DNA of 64,000 bases from Patescibacteria group bacterium (GCA_023380475.1 JAMCRD010000005.1:16087-80086); one strand, 5' to 3'. Shown: positions 47,168-56,188, counted from the stretch's first letter. A program made the numbers and translations. Notes: generated from the letters alone by a model not told the origin.

Positions 47168-48601
47168 ATGATCAAGCTGGAAGAATTAACCATAAAGAAG
47201 TTCCGCGAAGGATTAGCCAAGAAGGAGTTTAGCGCCTCCGAGGTCGCAAGGTTGTTTTTTGACTACATCGAAGTTAAAGATAAAGAGATAGAAGCTTATC
47301 TTTCGCTGAATCGTGATGGAGCTCTTGAAAGAGCTCGCCAGATAGACGCTGCTGTAGCTAGCGGAAAAGAGATACCCTCCTTAGCCGGGGTGCCGATGGC
47401 GATAAAGGATGTCATTCTTATTGAAGGATTACCGGCTACGGCCGCTTCCAAAATATTAGAGAAGTATGTTGCTGCTTACGACGCCGGGGTGATCAAAAAA
47501 CTGAAAGCTGCTGGAGCTTTGTTTTTAGGCAAAACTAACTTGGATGAGTTCGCCATGGGTAGTTCCACTGAGCAGTCGGCTTTCAAAGTTACCAGGAATC
47601 CGCGCGACACTTCCTTGGTCCCGGGTGGTTCTTCGGGTGGCTCAGCGGCAGCGGTAGCTGCCGATATGGCAGTTGCTGCTCTGGGGACAGACACCGGCGG
47701 ATCCGTCCGTCAACCGGCTGCCTTTTGTGGTGTGGTTGGTATGAAACCGACCTACGGGGCAATTTCGCGTTATGGCGTTATTGCGATGGCGTCAAGTCTT
47801 GACCAGGTAGGTACATTCTCTAAAACAGTTGAAGATGCGGCGATCCTGTTTAAAGAAATAGCCGGTCACGATCCTAAAGATGCTACCAGTGCCACTGTGA
47901 CTTACGGCGATGAGTTGGTGAATCCGGACTTTCATAAGATAAGAGAACTGACAGTCGGCGTTCCCGAGGAGTATTTCATTGAAGGGACGGATGCTGAGAT
48001 TATTAGTGCTGTGCAGGGGGTGATGAAGGAGTTTGAAACACTTAAGATAAAGGTTAAAAAGATACACCTTCCTCATACTAAGTACGCTTTATCTGTGTAT
48101 TACATTGTCATGCCGGCGGAAGTCAGCACCAACTTGGCCAGGTATGACGGCATACGCTATGGGGAGCGTGCGAAAAGCGAGAACCTCTTGGACCTATACT
48201 ACCAGGATCGTGGAAACGGACTTGGTTTGGAACCGAAGCGCCGCTCAATTTTGGGTACCTTTGTTCTATCGGCGGGTTATTATGACGCTTACTATGCTAA
48301 AGCCCAGAGAGTGAGAGCGCTAATAAAACAGGATTTCGATGAGGCCTTTCTGGACGTGGACGTTATTCTGACTCCTGTGACTCCAACTCTGCCATTCAAA
48401 TTGGGAGAGAAAGCTTCTGATCCAATGCAGATGTATCTTTCCGATATCTTTACTATTACCCTGAACCTAGCTGGGTTGCCGGGCATATCGATACCGGTGA
48501 AAGGGCGGGGGGATAAGTTACCGATAGGATTCCAGCTTATTGGCAGGCCTTGGCACGAAGCCGATATTTTGGGGTTGGGTAGGTACTATGAGCAAAGTTA
48601 A
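47168..48601 (+). CDS. gatA: Asp/Glu-tRNA amidotransferase subunit A
   Basis: IKD, GKTNLDEFAMGSS, PGGSSGGS, GTDTGGSVRQPA, NLARYDGIRYG. Confidence 0.96.
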   Translation: MIKLEELTIKKFREGLAKKEFSASEVARLFFDYIEVKDKEIEAYLSLNRDGALERARQIDAAVASGKEIPSLAGVPMAIKDVILIEGLPATAASKILEKYVAAYDAGVIKKLKAAGALFLGKTNLDEFAMGSSTEQSAFKVTRNPRDTSLVPGGSSGGSAAAVAADMAVAALGTDTGGSVRQPAAFCGVVGMKPTYGAISRYGVIAMASSLDQVGTFSKTVEDAAILFKEIAGHDPKDATSATVTYGDELVNPDFHKIRELTVGVPEEYFIEGTDAEIISAVQGVMKEFETLKIKVKKIHLPHTKYALSVYYIVMPAEVSTNLARYDGIRYGERAKSENLLDLYYQDRGNGLGLEPKRRSILGTFVLSAGYYDAYYAKAQRVRALIKQDFDEAFLDVDVILTPVTPTLPFKLGEKASDPMQMYLSDIFTITLNLAGLPGISIPVKGRGDKLPIGFQLIGRPWHEADILGLGRYYEQS

Positions 48602-48629
48602 TAAAACCGCCTCTATAGAGGCGGTTTTA
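48602..48629. terminator. Perfect 28-bp palindrome, bidirectional terminator
   Basis: TAAAACCGCCTCTA|TAGAGGCGGTTTTA between gatA and the convergent tRNA-Asp. Confidence 0.8.
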
Positions 48630-48636
48630 AGTTGTG

Positions 48637-48712
48637 CGCAGCCGACGGGATTTGAACCCGTGATCTTCTCCTTGACAAGGAGACATGTTAAACCAGGCTA
48701 CACCACGGCTGC
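48637..48712 (-). tRNA. tRNA-Asp(GTC)
   Basis: GCAGCCG/CGGCTGC acceptor, G73, TCTCC-TTGTCAA-GGAGA anticodon arm. Confidence 0.95.
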
Positions 48713-49962
48713 ATTCTTTTGCTTTTTGAAGTATAGCTGCGGAGTAGTTTTTTTACAATCGAGTTGAATTTATTACCTCTATCTTCGTAGTTGTGGAACA
48801 TATCGAAACTCGTAGCTCCAGGAGAGAATACGACAGAGTCACCCTCTTCGGCCTCAGAGATAGCTGATCTTACAGCTTGATCTAGGTTACCGGCGACTAA
48901 CTTCGTTTTAACTGCCGCTTTTGTAGCGTTTTGGATTTTTCTGCGGCATTCGCCGTAGATTATTAATAGCTTAACACTCGACTTTTTAAGAGATTGACCG
49001 ACGGGGCTGAAATCGAGGTTCTTATCTCTGCCACCCATGATGAGAATGGTAGGTTTGGGGGATGCTTTGATCGCGGCAACCGTGGTCATAGGATTAGTCG
49101 AAGCCGAATCGTTATAGAATTTTATGCCCTTGATAGTGCCAATATGCTGCAGTCTGAATGGTAGACCGCGATAACTGCTTATGGTCTTGGAGATTACACC
49201 TTCAGGAATATTTAACTTTTTGGCTACTGTAGCAGCAACTGCAGCGTTGATTAAGTTATGGAACCCGCGGATCTTCATTCTGCTGGCTACAGTTGGAGCT
49301 CCAATCCTGTCTATATTTACTTCTACCTTCTCGCCTCGGCTGATATCGGCGATTCTCTCGGCGTACTTATTTTTAGATACATATATAACCACATCATTTT
49401 TGCTCTGCGACCTAGTTATTTGCGCCTTTGCGTCAATATATTCTTTGAAACTCTTGTGAACGTCCATGTGGTCGGGAAATATGCCTAGCACAACCGCTAT
49501 GTCTGGCGAATGATGTAGACCCTGCAGTTGGAAGCTTGATAACTCTAGTATGGTTACCGAATCGCTATTAAGACGATCAAGAATATCTATTGCTGGCTTG
49601 CCTATATTACCCGCTAGATACGCATCGCATCCCGCGTTTTTTAGGATCTTGTGGATAAGCGTTGAAGTAGTGCCTTTGCCTTTAGTGCCGGTTACGCCGA
49701 TTATCTTGCCATTAGCCTTCTCGAAAAATAGTTCAGTCGCGCTGGAGATTTTGACTCCTTTCTTAATCGCTCGCTGTATCTCTGGGAGGTTGTAGGGTAC
49801 GCCGGGGGAGCGATAGATAATGTCAAACTGGTCTAGGTTTTTAAGGTAATTTGGGTTTGATTCGCGGTCGAGAATCGTGATATCGGATTTGTGTTCGTGA
49901 CGACTTAAACACCTGTAAAGAGATCGTCCCTCGCGGCCTAATCCTAAGATAGCTATTCTCAT
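48688..49962 (-). CDS. murD: UDP-N-acetylmuramoyl-L-alanine--D-glutamate ligase
   Basis: ILGLGREG, RSPG, GVTGTKGKGTT, GNIG, ELSSFQL, NDSAST, SPGATSFD; start placed at ATG 49962. Confidence 0.93.
   Translation of the reverse strand: MRIAILGLGREGRSLYRCLSRHEHKSDITILDRESNPNYLKNLDQFDIIYRSPGVPYNLPEIQRAIKKGVKISSATELFFEKANGKIIGVTGTKGKGTTSTLIHKILKNAGCDAYLAGNIGKPAIDILDRLNSDSVTILELSSFQLQGLHHSPDIAVVLGIFPDHMDVHKSFKEYIDAKAQITRSQSKNDVVIYVSKNKYAERIADISRGEKVEVNIDRIGAPTVASRMKIRGFHNLINAAVAATVAKKLNIPEGVISKTISSYRGLPFRLQHIGTIKGIKFYNDSASTNPMTTVAAIKASPKPTILIMGGRDKNLDFSPVGQSLKKSSVKLLIIYGECRRKIQNATKAAVKTKLVAGNLDQAVRSAISEAEEGDSVVFSPGATSFDMFHNYEDRGNKFNSIVKKLLRSYTSKSKRMQPWCSLV
48730..48758 (-). promoter_or_regulatory. 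Sigma-70 promoter for tRNA-Asp inside the murD 3' end
   Basis: TTGTAA-17 nt-TATACT on the minus strand, 17 nt upstream of the tRNA. Confidence 0.6.
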
Positions 49963-50040
49963 TGTTCTCAATCTACCACGTGTGATAGATACTTGCATTA
50001 AGTATTAGAAATAAAGCAAAATTTAACTGCTCAATATAAA

Positions 50041-50111
50041 GCCGGTGTAGCTTAATGGTAAAGCAGAGCCCTCATAAAGCTCGGAAGGAGGTCCGATTCC
50101 TCCCATCGGCA
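50041..50111 (+). tRNA. tRNA with CAT anticodon, elongator type (Met, or Ile2)
   Basis: GCCGGTG/CATCGGC acceptor with paired 1:72; GAGCC-CTCATAA-AGCTC arm; T-loop TCCGATT. Confidence 0.85.
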
Positions 50112-50133
50112 CTATAAATAATCAGATAAGTTG

Positions 50134-50204
50134 TTGCGGGGGCGGGAGTCGAACCCACTCCTGAAGCTTATGGGGCTTCCGAGGTACCGTTCCTCTACCC
50201 CGCG
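50134..50204 (-). tRNA. Initiator-type tRNA-fMet(CAT), non-canonical anticodon arm
   Basis: CGCGGGG 5' end, C1:A72 mismatch, A11:U24, anticodon arm GAAGC-CCCATAA-GCTTC. Confidence 0.88.
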
Positions 50205-50294
50205 GTGCTTTTATTTTCCGCGAGCGACTCAATATTAGGTCGCAAGGCGTGCGTTGTCAAAGATGTATATATTTTATAATATATTTAAGTCGCA

Positions 50295-51461
50295 ATGGAT
50301 TCTATCTACTCGGACCCGCGTTTAGGTAAAAGTGAGTTCAAGATATCGCTAAAGGAGCAAAGCGAGGTTTTAGACAAGCTGAATGGTCGTACTGATGCTG
50401 AAGCGGCGCGCATCAAGCGCTATCTTGCTATGCCGGATCTTTCACGAACCAAGGAAAGTCCCCTTTACGAGATTGTTCAAAACGTTAGGACTCTGCCAGT
50501 TATTAAGAATTTCGACAATATTATTATCCCAGAGATTATCCAAACCAACCTTCTCTTCGATCTTTTTGATTTTGCGCCGGACCATCCAGCTAGGAGTAGA
50601 TCGGATACCTATTATGTTGATGATAAAAATGTTCTGCGCCCGCATGACACAGTCATGTGGTATTACTATCTAAATCTGCCGGAAATAAAGGTAAAGGTGG
50701 CGCGCCGAGAACCGCTTGGCGTCATCTGCTATGGCAAGGTTTATAGGAAGGACGAGATTGACAGCCAACACATGAATATCTTCCATCAGTTTGGGGGGTT
50801 GTATATCTGTCCAGATGAAATGATGGTTCTTAAGATAGATGAACTGAAAGATATCCTTGGGCAAATAGTTAAGGGTCTATTTGGCTCAGATGTGAAGTAT
50901 CGTTTTTTGGAAGACGCCTTCCCGTATACAGACCCATCGCTCCAAGTCGAGGTTGAAGTGAATGGCCAGTGGATTGAGATACTGGGTGGGGGGATGCCCA
51001 AGAAGAGTGTTATGAAAAACTTTGGCGTTGAGGGTTATAACGGCTGGGCTTTTGGTTTCGGGCTCGAGCGTCTCGCCATAATTAGCATGGAACTGCCGGA
51101 CATCCGTCTTCTTTGGTCGGAAGATCCGCGCGTCAAAGAGCAACTGCATATGGGGCATAAATTCGTTGAGGTTAGTAAGTATCCACCCGTTATTCGCGAT
51201 ATCTCCTTTGTTGTAGACAAGAAATTCGCCCCGAACGACTATTTTGATCTAGTGCGCGATATAGCTGGCAATCTAGTCGAACGGGTTGGGCTGCTGGATG
51301 AATATGAGAATGACGAGAGGTTTGGAAAGGACAAAAAAAGCTATGCTTACAGGGTCATATATCGCAGCAGCGACCGCACCCTCACCAACGACGAGGTGGA
51401 TGTTTTGCACCACAATCTGGAGAGAAGAACCGCTGGAGAATTCAGGGCAACGATCCGCTAG
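50295..51461 (+). CDS. pheS: Single-chain (organelle-type) phenylalanine--tRNA ligase: catalytic domain fused to an FDX anticodon-binding domain
   Basis: DHPARSRSDTYY, GKVYRKDEIDSQH, FHQ, FPYTDPS, GWAFGFGLERLA, then SKYPPVIRDISF...YRSSDRTLT. Confidence 0.88.
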   Translation: MDSIYSDPRLGKSEFKISLKEQSEVLDKLNGRTDAEAARIKRYLAMPDLSRTKESPLYEIVQNVRTLPVIKNFDNIIIPEIIQTNLLFDLFDFAPDHPARSRSDTYYVDDKNVLRPHDTVMWYYYLNLPEIKVKVARREPLGVICYGKVYRKDEIDSQHMNIFHQFGGLYICPDEMMVLKIDELKDILGQIVKGLFGSDVKYRFLEDAFPYTDPSLQVEVEVNGQWIEILGGGMPKKSVMKNFGVEGYNGWAFGFGLERLAIISMELPDIRLLWSEDPRVKEQLHMGHKFVEVSKYPPVIRDISFVVDKKFAPNDYFDLVRDIAGNLVERVGLLDEYENDERFGKDKKSYAYRVIYRSSDRTLTNDEVDVLHHNLERRTAGEFRATIR

Positions 51462-51594
51462 GAAGAACGTTGTCATTATCTAAAATAACCCAGTATTTAA
51501 GCCCTGTTTTAGACTCGTAAGTTCGTCAAGACTGCCTTGTTTTTGGCTCTGTTAAGAGGTATCATTTAGTAGCCCTGAGGAAAGGCTTTTTTAT

Positions 51595-54500
51595 ATGCCA
51601 AAAGATTCTAAAGATTCATACACAGCCAAAAATATCGAAGTTCTAGAAGGCTTGGAACCGGTCAGAAAACGCCCCGGTATGTATATCGGGTCTACTGGAC
51701 CTGATGGTTTGCACCATTTGATATGGGAGTTGATCAATAACTCAATTGATGAAGCCTTGGCTGGTTTTGCTAAAAAGGTGGATGTGGTTTTGCTACCGGA
51801 TGGCAAGAGCGTCCGGGTGAGCGATGACGGTCGTGGCATTCCGGTAGATATACATCCTCACACTAAGAAGTCAGCCCTGGAAACAGTGATGACAACTCTT
51901 CACGCCGGAGGAAAATTCAGCGGAGGGTCGTATAAGGTCTCGGGAGGTCTACATGGCGTCGGGGCATCGGTAGTCAATGCTTTATCGACGGAGATGAAAG
52001 TTGAGGTCTGCCGCGACGGCAAACGGTATGTCCAAGAATATGTTCGTGGGGTGCCGAAACAAAAGGTTAGAGAAGATGGCAAATGTACTCAGAACGGCAC
52101 AATCTCCACTTTTACCCCGGATACCGAGATATTCAAAGAGATAAGTTTCGATCGCAAGAGAATATTGGAATATCTGAGAGAGCAGGCTTTTTTGACCAAA
52201 GGCGTAAGAATAAACTTTTCGGATCTAAGATCGGACGTGCCGTTCTATTACAGCTTTTGTTTTGAGGGTGGCATAAGGTCGTTCTTGGATTACGTCAATT
52301 CCGATGGCGATAAGCCCATCCAAGACCATGTGTTCTATATCGAAAAGGAAAACGAGGGGATAGCGGTGGAGATAGCTCTTTGCTATACCGATGGTGTAGA
52401 AATAAACGAACTAGCTTTTGCTAACAACATTCAAAATCCAGAAGGCGGCATGCACCTAACCGGTTTCAAGACCGCACTTACTCGAGCTTTGAACGATTAC
52501 GCTAGGAGCAACAGCTATCTTAAAGAGAAAGAGGACAATCTGACAGGAGAAGATGTTCAAGAAGGTTTGAGCGCCATAGTCTCGATTAAACTAACCAACC
52601 CTCAATTTGAGGGACAAACCAAAGCTAAGTTAGGTAACCCGGAGGCTAGAACGGCTGTGGACACGGTGATGAGCAATGGATTCCGAGATTTCTTGGAGAA
52701 GTATAAGAACGACGCTGATCACATTATGGCCAAGTGTCTCTTGGCCGCTAAGGCGCGCAAGGCAGCTAAAGCTGCTAAAGAAACAATCCTGCGCAAGGGA
52801 GCCCTGGAAGGATTAACCCTCCCAGGTAAATTGGCCGATTGCCAATCGCGTAAAGCGGAAGACTCGGAGTTGTTTATTGTGGAAGGGGATTCAGCCGGCG
52901 GTTGTTTTTCGGGGGACACAAAAGTAGCACTCACGGATGGCAGGAATCTTTCGTTTAAAGAGCTTGTTGCTGAGGAACAAGCTGGGAAGAGGAACTACAC
53001 CTATGCCATAAGTGGTAGCGGCAATATTGCGGTTGCGCCAATACTTAATCCGCGGGTGACGAAGCAGGACGCGGAAGTTATCCGCGTGACGCTCGATAAT
53101 GGTGAAATGATTACGTGCACACCAGATCATAAGTTTATGTTGCGTGACGGATCGTACCGCGAGGTACAGAACCTCAAGAGTGGAGATTCTTTGATGCCAC
53201 TCTATCGTCGGCTTTCAAAGCGCGGCGGTAGTATTACGATCGAGGGCTATGAGATGGTATATCAGCCCAAGCGGAATTTCTGGGAATTTACCCATATCCT
53301 AGCGGATCGCCATAACATTGAGCGGGGGATATATTCTGAATCAAGTGGGATACAACGCCACCACCTTGATTTCAATAAACTAAACAACAATCCTAACAAT
53401 CTTGTCCGTGTAAGCAATGAGCAGCATTTTGCCATTCACCATGATAATTTGAAAAAAACCATTCATCGTGCTGACGTCGTCCAGAAGATTCGCGAGCTGC
53501 ATAAAACAGATGCATTTCGAAAGAAGATGAGTACCATCATGTCCGCACCTGCCATACGTGCCGGACTTTCGAAACGTGCGAAGAGGCAATGGGAAGACCC
53601 AACGTATAAAAAGTATATGGTTGGAAAGTTCCAGGAGTTTTACCACAAAAATCCAGTCTACCGGGCTGCGAACAATACCTTACTAGATCGTAACCAGAAA
53701 GAGTATTGGAGCAATCCGGAAAATGTGCGGCGACAAGCAGAACATGTCCAGCTTTACTTTGCGAAATACCCAGAGAGGAGAGAATTGTTATCCGCGCTTG
53801 CAAGGAAACAGTGGGACAATCTCGCGTTGCGTTCATGGCGAGCAGACGTTACTCGAGCACAGTGGACGGATGCATTTCGTACAAAACGGAGAGCCTCCTA
53901 CAACAAGACCTATCTTCTGAAAGCGTTAGCGGTTCTTCATGATATTCACGCAAGAAACGGCACAATCGACGCCAATGCCTATGAATCTGTTAGACGCGTA
54001 ACCAATGATAAGAGCTTGCTTCGTTGGGATACACTTGCCGGACGCTTCTTTGGTGGTCATCAAGAGACACTAATGGATGCTGCTGTACATTTCAACCACC
54101 GCGTGGTTTCTGTGGAGCACTTGGCGGAGCGGATGAATGTGTATGATATTGAAATTCCAGAGATACACAATTTTGCACTCGCGGGTGGAGTATTCGTCCA
54201 CAACAGTGCGAAGATGGCGCGAGACAGACGTACTCAGGCCATCCTGCCGTTACGCGGCAAGATACTGAACGTTGAGAAGTCACGCCTGGATAAAATGCTG
54301 GCCAACAAGGAGATCACGGCCTTGATTGTCGCTTTGGGTACCGCGGTTGCCGAAGACTTCGACATATCCAAGCTGCGCTACCATAAGATTATATTAATGA
54401 CCGATGCCGATGTGGATGGTGCCCACATTCGTACCTTGCTACTCAGCCTTTTCTACCGTCATTTTCCAAAGGTTGTAGAAGGTGGTTATTTATATATAGC

Positions 54501-54816
54501 TCAGCCCCCTTTGTATCGGGTTCAAACGGGTAAGACCATATCCTATGCCTGGACCGACGAACAGAAGGACAAGCTGGTTAACGCCAGTAAGGTTTCCAAC
54601 CCCAACGTCCAGCGTTACAAAGGTTTGGGAGAAATGAATCCAGATCAACTTTCAGAAACGACCATGCATCCGGACAACCGTATTTTGTTGAAGGTGACCA
54701 TCGATGATGCGAGGGAAGCGGACCACATGTTCGACGTTTTGATGGGCACCGACGTCATGCCTCGTAAGCATTTCATAATGACCCAGGGTCACCTCGTATC
54801 CAACCTTGATTTATAG
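51595..54816 (+). CDS. gyrB: DNA gyrase subunit B precursor containing an intein
   Basis: LEPVRKRPGMYIG, DDGRGIP, GGLHGVG, EGDSAGG|intein|SAK, PLRGKILN, MTDADVDG, RYKGLGEM. Confidence 0.96.
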   Translation: MPKDSKDSYTAKNIEVLEGLEPVRKRPGMYIGSTGPDGLHHLIWELINNSIDEALAGFAKKVDVVLLPDGKSVRVSDDGRGIPVDIHPHTKKSALETVMTTLHAGGKFSGGSYKVSGGLHGVGASVVNALSTEMKVEVCRDGKRYVQEYVRGVPKQKVREDGKCTQNGTISTFTPDTEIFKEISFDRKRILEYLREQAFLTKGVRINFSDLRSDVPFYYSFCFEGGIRSFLDYVNSDGDKPIQDHVFYIEKENEGIAVEIALCYTDGVEINELAFANNIQNPEGGMHLTGFKTALTRALNDYARSNSYLKEKEDNLTGEDVQEGLSAIVSIKLTNPQFEGQTKAKLGNPEARTAVDTVMSNGFRDFLEKYKNDADHIMAKCLLAAKARKAAKAAKETILRKGALEGLTLPGKLADCQSRKAEDSELFIVEGDSAGGCFSGDTKVALTDGRNLSFKELVAEEQAGKRNYTYAISGSGNIAVAPILNPRVTKQDAEVIRVTLDNGEMITCTPDHKFMLRDGSYREVQNLKSGDSLMPLYRRLSKRGGSITIEGYEMVYQPKRNFWEFTHILADRHNIERGIYSESSGIQRHHLDFNKLNNNPNNLVRVSNEQHFAIHHDNLKKTIHRADVVQKIRELHKTDAFRKKMSTIMSAPAIRAGLSKRAKRQWEDPTYKKYMVGKFQEFYHKNPVYRAANNTLLDRNQKEYWSNPENVRRQAEHVQLYFAKYPERRELLSALARKQWDNLALRSWRADVTRAQWTDAFRTKRRASYNKTYLLKALAVLHDIHARNGTIDANAYESVRRVTNDKSLLRWDTLAGRFFGGHQETLMDAAVHFNHRVVSVEHLAERMNVYDIEIPEIHNFALAGGVFVHNSAKMARDRRTQAILPLRGKILNVEKSRLDKMLANKEITALIVALGTAVAEDFDISKLRYHKIILMTDADVDGAHIRTLLLSLFYRHFPKVVEGGYLYIAQPPLYRVQTGKTISYAWTDEQKDKLVNASKVSNPNVQRYKGLGEMNPDQLSETTMHPDNRILLKVTIDDAREADHMFDVLMGTDVMPRKHFIMTQGHLVSNLDL
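52903..54204 (+). mobile_element. 434-aa intein with HNH homing endonuclease in the GyrB TOPRIM motif
   Basis: Block A CFSGDT, block B CTPDH, HNH HHLDFNKLNNNPNNL, block F VYDI, block G HN followed by extein Ser. Confidence 0.93.
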
Positions 54817-54863
54817 GCCCTATTTGAGATACTGTTTTAAAGCTTCGATTCTATAAATCAAAT

Positions 54864-55049
54864 ATGTTTCAGCGCATAAATTCGTTTTTGAAGGAATCTA
54901 GGCAGGAATTCCAGCATGTGAATTGGCCTACCAGAAAAGAAACCATTCGCTTGGTCGCGATTGTGATTGGCATGTCCCTCGTTGTCGCGGCTTTCCTAGG
55001 AGCTGTCGATTACTTCTTTTTGTACCTATTAGGGCGTTTAGTTTCATAA
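54864..55049 (+). CDS. secE: Preprotein translocase subunit SecE
   Basis: FLKESRQEFQHVNWPTRKE plus a single TM; precedes nusG. Confidence 0.92.
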   Translation: MFQRINSFLKESRQEFQHVNWPTRKETIRLVAIVIGMSLVVAAFLGAVDYFFLYLLGRLVS

Positions 55050-55055
55050 AGTAGC

Positions 55056-55625
55056 ATGGCAACTAAGAAGAAAGTTTTGGAAGAAGCTGGTAAACAGGGT
55101 TTACGACAATGGTACGCCGTGCATACCTATGCCGGCTATGAGGACGCGGTGGCACGCTACCTTAAGCAGCGTGTTGAATCCTTGGGAGTTGAAGACAAGA
55201 TTTTTAAAGTAATTGTGCCTAAGGAAAAGAAGATCAGGGTTAAAAACGGCAAGCGTACGACTGTGGAAGAAAAAATCTATCCCGGATATGTGTTGGTAGA
55301 GATGATTTTGGATGAAGGTTCGTGGTACGTCGTCCGTAACACCCCCAGAGTCACCGGTTTCGTGGGTGCAGATCCGACCAAGCCAACGCCGCTTTCTTAT
55401 GAAGAGGTTGAGTCGCTGATTACAAGAATGGGGGCCAGCGAACCAAAGTTTAAAGTTGATTTGCGAGTAGGAGATCTGGTCAGGATAACCGATGGGCCGT
55501 TCAGGGATTACGACGGTCGGGTATCCGAGGTCGACGAAGAACGAGGGAGAGTCAAAGTAATGGTCCCAGTGTTCGGCCGCGACACGGCAGTGGAGTTGGA
55601 CTCACTACAGATAAAGAAAATTTAA
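55056..55625 (+). CDS. nusG: Transcription factor NusG
   Basis: WYAVHTYAGYE, YPGYVLVEM, RNTPRVTGF, KOW motif GDLVRITDGPF. Confidence 0.96.
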   Translation: MATKKKVLEEAGKQGLRQWYAVHTYAGYEDAVARYLKQRVESLGVEDKIFKVIVPKEKKIRVKNGKRTTVEEKIYPGYVLVEMILDEGSWYVVRNTPRVTGFVGADPTKPTPLSYEEVESLITRMGASEPKFKVDLRVGDLVRITDGPFRDYDGRVSEVDEERGRVKVMVPVFGRDTAVELDSLQIKKI

Positions 55626-55678
55626 ACTTTGCAATTTGAATCAATCTTTTATAGGATTGGTAAGTTAAATTTGAGGAT

Positions 55679-56104
55679 ATGGCTACTAAGAAAGTAAAAA
55701 CAGTATTAAAGCTACAGATAGCCGCAGGGAAGGCGAACCCCGCTCCGCCAATCGGCCCGGCTTTGGGGCAACACGGTGTCAATATTCAGGAGTTCTGCGT
55801 TAAGTTTAATGACGCCACTAAGGATATGGGTAACGATATTATCCCGGCTGAGATAACAATCTACGAGGATCGTACTTTTACCTTTAAGCTCAAAACTCCT
55901 CCAGCCTCCGATCTTATCAGAAAGGCCGCTGGTATCGAGAAAGGTTCGGCCGTGCCCCACAAACAGAAAGTCGGCAGTATTACCAAGGTTGACCTGCGTA
56001 AGATCGCTGAAAGGAAAATGAGCGATCTGAACGCGAATGATATTGAAGCGGCTGAGAAGATTATAGCGGGTACAGCCCGCTCCATGGGGGTAGATATAGT
56101 CTAG
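55679..56104 (+). CDS. rplK: 50S ribosomal protein L11
   Basis: [36 protein letters not shown]. Confidence 0.97.
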   Translation: MATKKVKTVLKLQIAAGKANPAPPIGPALGQHGVNIQEFCVKFNDATKDMGNDIIPAEITIYEDRTFTFKLKTPPASDLIRKAAGIEKGSAVPHKQKVGSITKVDLRKIAERKMSDLNANDIEAAEKIIAGTARSMGVDIV

Positions 56105-56133
56105 TAGAACCGTAGGGTTCCTGAATATCAAAT

Positions 56134-56166
56134 ATCAGCCCCAGCCCATATAGCCGGGGCTGATTT
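56134..56166 (+). terminator. Probable terminator after rplK
   Basis: ATCAGCCCC-13 nt-GGGGCTGAT followed by TT. Confidence 0.55.
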
Positions 56167-56188
56167 AATGCCTTATAATTCACTTGCC

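Noticed and set aside
49972-49990. parS-like CACGTG-centred sequence
   Set aside because: About 11/16 match to TGTTNCACGTGAAACA with non-palindromic arms; it overlaps the murD -10 region
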